Assembly (NCBI GenBank): GCA_964568865.1
Contig: CAZMSE010000004.1
Coordinates: forward strand, 39,033-103,032
Direction: 5' to 3'
DNA length: 64,000 bases
Source of the DNA: an uncultured Saprospiraceae bacterium
GTDB taxonomy: Bacteria; Bacteroidota; Bacteroidia; Chitinophagales; Saprospiraceae
The notes below the pieces were generated by a model. It saw nothing but the letters and a program-made list of their open reading frames with translations, had not been told where the DNA came from and did not search any database. Shown one piece after another: positions 58,524 to 64,000 of the stretch. The translations under genes and the position numbers were made by a program. Position 1 is the first letter of the stretch. The number at the start of each line of letters is the position of its first letter.

Positions 58524-59329
58524 TGGTTTAGATTCAATATAGCAGGATTCATTCCCATGGCTGAAAAACCGCCATCATGGTATAAATTCTGCATCGTTAC
58601 CATTCGGGTTAAATCAGAGAACATCGCGACACAATAGTTTGCACAATTTTCAGCAGGGGCATTTCCGAGCGGACTCATTTTGTCGGCATATCCAAAAAAC
58701 TCGGAAAATCCCTTTACACCGGATCCGGCAGTTGTCATAGTAGGTGATTGGGAGATGGTATTGACTCTGACTTTTTTCTGAGTACCAAAATGATAACCAA
58801 AACTTCTACCTATCGATTCCAATAATGCTTTGGCATCCGCCATATCATTGTAATCCGGGAATACGCGCTGTGCGGCTATATAAGTCAAGGCCAGAATGGA
58901 TCCCCATTCCTCCATGGCATCCATCTTCAATGCAGATTGCATTAACTTATGAAACGAGATGGCCGAAATGTCATAGGTTTTTTGAAGAAATTCGTAATTC
59001 AAATCAGTATAGGTCTTTCCTTTTCTCACATTGAGTGACATCCCGATGGAGTGAAGAATAAAATCCAACTTACCCCCAAGTATTTCCATGGATTGCGACA
59101 AAAGATTTTCCAGGTCCTCCAATGAGGTTGCGTCTGCCCCGATCAAGGGAGCATTCAACCGGCTGGACAGTTCCTGAATTTTACCCATTCGCAAAGCTAC
59201 CGGTGCATTGGTTAAAACGATGCGGGCACCCTGAGATACGCATTTTTCAGCGACATGCCAAGCAATGGATTGCTCATCCAATGCTCCAAAAATAATACCT
59301 CTCTTGTTCGCTAATAAATTGTTTGACAT
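58520..59329 (-). CDS. fabI: enoyl-[acyl-carrier-protein] reductase (NADH) FabI
   Basis: SDR fold with the FabI catalytic pattern Y...YNDMADAKALLES (Y-x6-K). 269 aa. Confidence 0.88.
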   Translation of the reverse strand: MSNNLLANKRGIIFGALDEQSIAWHVAEKCVSQGARIVLTNAPVALRMGKIQELSSRLNAPLIGADATSLEDLENLLSQSMEILGGKLDFILHSIGMSLNVRKGKTYTDLNYEFLQKTYDISAISFHKLMQSALKMDAMEEWGSILALTYIAAQRVFPDYNDMADAKALLESIGRSFGYHFGTQKKVRVNTISQSPTMTTAGSGVKGFSEFFGYADKMSPLGNAPAENCANYCVAMFSDLTRMVTMQNLYHDGGFSAMGMNPAILNLNQ

Positions 59330-59402
59330 GGTCCTTTAATTTTAGGATACAAATTTAGAAGATAAATCCCAAGTGGACGTACAATTCAAATCAGAAGTCA
59401 AC

Positions 59403-61061
59403 TTAATGGTCAGAATGCTTAAGAAGCTCCTCAGCGTTGCTTAAAGCCGCTTTGCTAGGGGGTTCGCCGCTTAGCATTTTTGCCAATTCTATGACGCGCT
59501 CATTTTCTGTTAGCGATCGCAATCTGGTTTGACTCAAGTTACTTTCATGTTCTTTATAGACATAGCTATGTTGCTTTGCCCGACTCGCAACCTGTGGAGA
59601 ATGGGTGATGCAAATTACTTGTTGGGAAGTTGCTATTTGGCGTAAAAGGCTACCCATCTGTAAAGCAATTTGTCCGGAGACGCCTGTGTCAATTTCATCG
59701 AAAACTAGACAGGTGGTTTGTTGTCTAGAAGATACCAGGGATTTAACGGCTAAATTGAACCGGGCTAGTTCTCCACCTGATGACTGATCTTTTAAGGATT
59801 TGAGTGCATTTCCTTTATTGGCAGAAAAAAGGAAGTCAACTTTGTCCATACCCGTTTCGTTCAATTGTCCCTCCTCACTCAGTTGAATTTCATAACGTGC
59901 ATAAGGCATTCCAAGTTTTTTGAGTAGATCAGTGGTTTTTTCCTGTAATTCAATCTTCACTTTTGACCTTTGTTGATGCAATTCTTTAGCCCATTTCAAC
60001 AGGACCGATTTTTTTTCTTCTATTGTCTTTTCAAGTGTTTCCAATTCTTCCGAAGATTCATCCAGTCGCTGCAGAGTCGTTTCGAGTTCATCCTGGTAAC
60101 GCAAAAGATCTTCAGTGGTCACCAAGCGATGTTTTTTAAGCAGGTTATTGATTAAATCCACTCGTTGGCTGATTTCTTTTAATCGAATGGGATCTGCTTC
60201 AGAGTGGTCAGCAATATGTTCTAAATCTCTTGCAATTTCAGAAATATCCAATTTGATCGATTCCATGCGGTCGTAAACCGATTGAAGTTTGTTATTTAAT
60301 AACAAAGGCCGCAGTTGAGCCATGCTTACCGTAAGTTTGTCCACGATACCTTGTTCACCTGAAAATGATTCATGGATCATTCGGCAATAATGGTTTAAAT
60401 CTTCTGCCTTGGATACCAATGCAAGTTCTTGTTCGAGATCGTTTAACTCGGCTGGTTTGAGTTTAGCTGCAGCTAATTCGCGATATTGGAATTCCATAAA
60501 TTCTTTTTCACGAAGCACCCTGATTTGCATCTCTTCCAGTTTATTTTTTTTCTGTATCAATTCTTGATAGGTTCGAAAGGCAAGCTGATAGGAGTTCAAT
60601 AAATCCCAATGTCCGGCATAGTCATCCAAAATCTTAAGTTGGAACTTTTTATCATAAAAATCAAGATGATCAAATTGCTGGTGAATGGAAATCAATTCAG
60701 ATCCTATGGACTCCAGTTCAGTTAAAAGTCGGGGACTATCATTAATGAAACTTCGGGATTTACCGGAAGGATGAATTTCTCTTCTGAGTAAAATTTCATC
60801 GCAATCTTCCAGATCAAACTCATTTTTTATTTTTTGTTGCAATGGCAAAGGACATTGAAAAATGGCCTCTATGATGCACTTTTGGTCAGCATCGCGCATA
60901 ATTTTACTGTCAGCTCGCGCACCTGTCGCCAATTGAATGGCACCAATGATGATGGACTTACCTGCTCCTGTTTCGCCGGTAATGGCGGTTAACCCTTGCT
61001 TGAAGGATACGTTTAGTTCATCGATGAGCGCATAATTCTTTATGTAAAGAGATTTTAGCAT
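59403..61061 (-). CDS. recN: DNA repair protein RecN
   Basis: MLKSLYIKNYALIDEL...TGETGAGKSII, long coiled coil, C-terminal SGGELARF and LVFDEIDTG. Confidence 0.95.
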   Translation of the reverse strand: MLKSLYIKNYALIDELNVSFKQGLTAITGETGAGKSIIIGAIQLATGARADSKIMRDADQKCIIEAIFQCPLPLQQKIKNEFDLEDCDEILLRREIHPSGKSRSFINDSPRLLTELESIGSELISIHQQFDHLDFYDKKFQLKILDDYAGHWDLLNSYQLAFRTYQELIQKKNKLEEMQIRVLREKEFMEFQYRELAAAKLKPAELNDLEQELALVSKAEDLNHYCRMIHESFSGEQGIVDKLTVSMAQLRPLLLNNKLQSVYDRMESIKLDISEIARDLEHIADHSEADPIRLKEISQRVDLINNLLKKHRLVTTEDLLRYQDELETTLQRLDESSEELETLEKTIEEKKSVLLKWAKELHQQRSKVKIELQEKTTDLLKKLGMPYARYEIQLSEEGQLNETGMDKVDFLFSANKGNALKSLKDQSSGGELARFNLAVKSLVSSRQQTTCLVFDEIDTGVSGQIALQMGSLLRQIATSQQVICITHSPQVASRAKQHSYVYKEHESNLSQTRLRSLTENERVIELAKMLSGEPPSKAALSNAEELLKHSDH

Positions 61062-61069
61062 GTTTCTAT

Positions 61070-62956
61070 TTAATAAATCTTTTCTCCGAGTTTGCCTGCT
61101 TTTTGTAAATCCTGATCTGCCTGGACATTTTGACCTATGGTTTGAAAAGTTCGGCCTCTTTCCAAGTAAAATAATCCAACATTGGGTTTTAATTGGATGG
61201 CTTTTGTGTAGTATTGAATGGCGCGTTCGTATTCTTTAATGGCTCGATAACATCGTCCTCCTTCATACCACATGTCTGCATTCCCGTTATCAAACTTCAA
61301 ATAACGATCGATATCGGCGGCAGCGTTTTGAAAATCTCCTTTCTGGTTATACAATATCGAACGATTTAGGTATCCGGTTTTCCAATTCTTGTCTAAACTT
61401 AATCCTTTATTGATGTCTTCAAAAGCCTCTTCGGTTCGTCCAAGTTTTGCTTTAGCAGCTCCTCGATTCACATAATACTCAGCGCTTGGGTGGAGGGAAA
61501 TGGCTTTATCATAGTCGAGCAAAGCTTTCTCGTCTTCGTTTTTTTGGAAATATAGTTTAGCCCGGCTATTGTAAGTACCATGTCCGGCTTTGTATTTAAT
61601 TGCCTGACTATAATCAGCTAATGCCAGATCAAACCTCTTCTGATCCCGGTAATGGTTTGCCCGGTTATTATAAGGTAACGGAGTATTTTTATAATAATTC
61701 AAGACATGAGTCCAAAGGGACTCTGAATCATGCCAAATCTTGGTTTGTTGATAAGTTTGAACGGAAAGAAACCCTAAATAAAAAGGAAAGCATGCTAGAA
61801 TAATAGATTTATTTTGTGATTGATGCTGCGTCCAAAACTGTAAGCCATAAGCCAATAGAAAGAACAAACCCATATAGGCAATATAGGTAAATCGATCTGC
61901 CAGATAGCCTTGGCCTGCACCTAGGATTTGTAGTAAAAACATGATGTTGAAAAAGAAAAACATAAAACCAAAAACCAGCCAGCGGTGGTTGTGCCGATAG
62001 GCGTACCACAAGCCATAAAAAATCAATAACACTGCGGGCAATGAAACATAATGCCAAACATCAAGTGATTCTGGGTAAGGGTATAGGGGAGACATTCTAA
62101 AGGGAATCAACCACTTGATTAAATAAATCATTAAACTGTAGCTTCCAATAAAAACTCTGGACAAGCCCGTATGGACTGCATCATTGGTTTCAAGACTTCC
62201 TTGCTCTTTTAGAAACAGTATGCCGACAATTCCAAAAATCAGTGCTGTCAAAAAAAAGTGCCATTTTTCGACTAGGCGTTTGATATTCAAGGGTTTTTGC
62301 TTCCAATAATCTACGGCCAGGAAGGTCAAGGGAAGTGCAACCATTTGGATTTTGGCAAAAAGACCCACGACAAAAAGCACATAAATTAATAAAGAGTGCT
62401 TCTTGCTAGGGACATCTTGGTTTTTCAAATATAAAAGCAGAGCTAAACAAAAGAAAAGTCCATACAATACATCCTTGCGTTCAGTAATCCAAGTCACTGA
62501 TTCTACTCTCAAAGGGTGTAACGCAAATAATGCGGTAGCCATCCATGCAAACCAGGATTCAAGTGACAGTCGCTTGAAAATAAAGTAAACTAGGGTGACG
62601 CAAAGTAGATGTAATAAAAGGTTGGTCAGGTGCATTTTACCCGGATCCATTCCAAACAGCTTGTATTCAATGGCGAAACTCAAGATACTCAGGGGATTAT
62701 AGTTGCCTATTACATTTTGAGTAAAAATCCCTTTCACATCAAATTCTTTGACCAGGGGATTTTCATATACGTTCCGGTCATCATCCCAATTTACAAAACC
62801 CGATTTCAGGGAAGGGCTAAAAAAGAGAAGGGTAACAGCCAACAATAGAAATAGAATCAAATGCTCATTTTTTGAGCTTCCAGAAGAAATAGCTTTTGGT
62901 TCCGGTACGGTTCTTGCCGGAATATCCTGTGCAATCCTTTTTTGTTTCTTTTTCAT
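61070..62956 (-). CDS. polytopic membrane protein with C-terminal TPR repeats (TMTC/GT-C-like architecture)
   Basis: About 10 TM helices after a basic N-terminus, then at least 5 TPR units (e.g. AIQYYTKAIQLKPN, ALLDYDKAISLHPS). Start placed at ATG 62956 (MKKKQKR). Confidence 0.7.
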   Translation of the reverse strand: MKKKQKRIAQDIPARTVPEPKAISSGSSKNEHLILFLLLAVTLLFFSPSLKSGFVNWDDDRNVYENPLVKEFDVKGIFTQNVIGNYNPLSILSFAIEYKLFGMDPGKMHLTNLLLHLLCVTLVYFIFKRLSLESWFAWMATALFALHPLRVESVTWITERKDVLYGLFFCLALLLYLKNQDVPSKKHSLLIYVLFVVGLFAKIQMVALPLTFLAVDYWKQKPLNIKRLVEKWHFFLTALIFGIVGILFLKEQGSLETNDAVHTGLSRVFIGSYSLMIYLIKWLIPFRMSPLYPYPESLDVWHYVSLPAVLLIFYGLWYAYRHNHRWLVFGFMFFFFNIMFLLQILGAGQGYLADRFTYIAYMGLFFLLAYGLQFWTQHQSQNKSIILACFPFYLGFLSVQTYQQTKIWHDSESLWTHVLNYYKNTPLPYNNRANHYRDQKRFDLALADYSQAIKYKAGHGTYNSRAKLYFQKNEDEKALLDYDKAISLHPSAEYYVNRGAAKAKLGRTEEAFEDINKGLSLDKNWKTGYLNRSILYNQKGDFQNAAADIDRYLKFDNGNADMWYEGGRCYRAIKEYERAIQYYTKAIQLKPNVGLFYLERGRTFQTIGQNVQADQDLQKAGKLGEKIY

Positions 62957-63266
62957 ACCTAATTGGCTGCCGACAAAGGTACAACCCATTTTATGCTGTA
63001 GCACAAAATGCGGATTCCGATTGCTTTAGAAATCGGAACAATGACGAAATAAGTAAAGCATTTGCTAAGACATTATTTTGCTTAGATAGGCGGACCAAAG
63101 ACCTGCTTTATTCATTTATTTGGGTTGATCCAGTTTTTATTGGGGTATACTCTGGTTTACAGACCAGCGATGAATTCAGCATGCAAGGATTAGTTGCAGA
63201 TTAACTTGAGCAGAAAGTGGATAGCCAGGTGATTCCTCATTTTAACCGAATGCTTAAATTTGTACC

Positions 63267-64000
63267 GTGAAAATAAAAACAGGTGATTTGGCCAGATTGG
63301 TAGAGGGCCATCTGGAAGGCAATCCGGATATTTGGATTACCCATCCTAGCAAAATTGAAGAGGGTGAACCTGGTTCTATTAGCTTTTTGGCAAATCCGAA
63401 ATACGAACATCATCTTTATGAGACAAAAGCTTCGGCCGTTTTGGTGGATAAGCATTTTCAACCTAAATCATTGGTAAATGCTGCCTTGATCAGGGTAGAT
63501 AATGTTTATTTGACCATCGGTAAGCTAATGCAGGAATTCAATCAAACGACCAATGGAAATCCTGGAATCCATCCTTCCGCTTTAATTGATGAATCAGCTC
63601 AGTTAGGGCCAGGGGTTAGTATCGGACCGCAAACCATTATTTCTTCTGATTGTATCATCGGACAAGGAAGTTGTCTATATGGACAAATTTTTATTGATCG
63701 GGAGGTGGTCATTGGGAAGAACTGTACCCTATATCCTGGCGTCAAAATATATAAAGGATGTAGAATAGGAGATGATTGCATTGTTCATTCCAATGCCGTG
63801 ATTGGATCGGATGGTTTTGGATTTTCTCCAGACGGAAGTGGACAATATCAGAAAATACCTCAATTAGGATTTGTTGAAATCGGAGACCGGGTGGAGATAG
63901 GGGCCAATACTACCATTGACCGAGGATCGCTCGGAGCCACTCGAATCGGTCATGGCTGTAAGCTTGACAACTTGATTCAAATTGCGCACAACGTACAAAT
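63267..64000 (+). CDS. lpxD: UDP-3-O-acylglucosamine N-acyltransferase, N-terminal part (runs off the window; not in the ORF track)
   Basis: Own translation from GTG 63267: [21 protein letters not shown]...[24 protein letters not shown]...[15 protein letters not shown]..., followed by left-handed beta-helix hexapeptide repeats ...[17 protein letters not shown]. Confidence 0.9.
   Translation, partial: MKIKTGDLARLVEGHLEGNPDIWITHPSKIEEGEPGSISFLANPKYEHHLYETKASAVLVDKHFQPKSLVNAALIRVDNVYLTIGKLMQEFNQTTNGNPGIHPSALIDESAQLGPGVSIGPQTIISSDCIIGQGSCLYGQIFIDREVVIGKNCTLYPGVKIYKGCRIGDDCIVHSNAVIGSDGFGFSPDGSGQYQKIPQLGFVEIGDRVEIGANTTIDRGSLGATRIGHGCKLDNLIQIAHNVQ

Noticed and set aside
62896-63204. 102-aa + strand ORF spanning the 5' end of the TPR gene and the intergenic region before lpxD.
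   Set aside because: Half of it is antisense to the well-supported TPR/GT-C-like gene. The composition is Cys/Phe-rich and non-protein-like, and it matches no family.

Overview
This window reads as a core-chromosome segment of a Bacteroidota bacterium. The evidence is T9SS/gliding genes (porV, porU, porP/sprF, gldJ), repeated TAnnTTTG -7 boxes, fusA with no following tuf, and the order secY-map-infA-rpmJ.

Layout:
- 1-7.5 kb is a mixed accessory-looking stretch: the tail of a polyprenyl synthase, a zinc-ribbon protein with TerC, a small membrane protein, AraC with an O-methyltransferase, and a GNAT followed by an LtaS-like sulfatase-fold membrane protein.
- 7.7-25.7 kb is one uninterrupted str/S10/spc/alpha ribosomal-protein supercluster, rpsL to rplQ. 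It includes rpmD and rpmJ, which the ORF track misses, and ends in a clean intrinsic terminator.
- Next come carA, eno, an ftsB-like gene, sucD, crtZ, a 1,099-aa NtrY-type histidine kinase, and RNase P RNA (rnpB, type A).
- Then the T9SS/gliding block porV<-porU <> porP/sprF-like->gldJ->murF.
- The rest holds metabolic and envelope genes: an arginase-fold protein, a Glu/Leu/Phe/Val dehydrogenase, OmpA with TSP3 repeats, an E2 acyltransferase, recR, a GT2 fusion, an M20 hydrolase, a sigma54-type response regulator, LOG, fabI with a T9SS cargo and an outer-membrane protein, recN, a TPR/GT-C-like membrane protein, and the start of lpxD.

I found no CRISPR array, tRNA, rRNA, transposase, integrase or recognisable defence gene, and nothing I can defend as a clearly new system.

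The items most worth a second look are:
- a sigma54-type activator that lacks a DNA-binding domain and has GSFTSA in place of GAFTGA;
- an arginase-fold protein with degenerate metal ligands, divergent from an amino-acid dehydrogenase;
- a GT2 fused to a phosphoglycosyl-transferase remnant that lacks its catalytic segment;
- fabI translationally coupled to a T9SS cargo and an outer-membrane protein;
- an orphan porP/sprF paralog wedged between porU and gldJ, with apparently overlapping divergent promoters.

All homology calls were made by eye from the translations, with no searches run.
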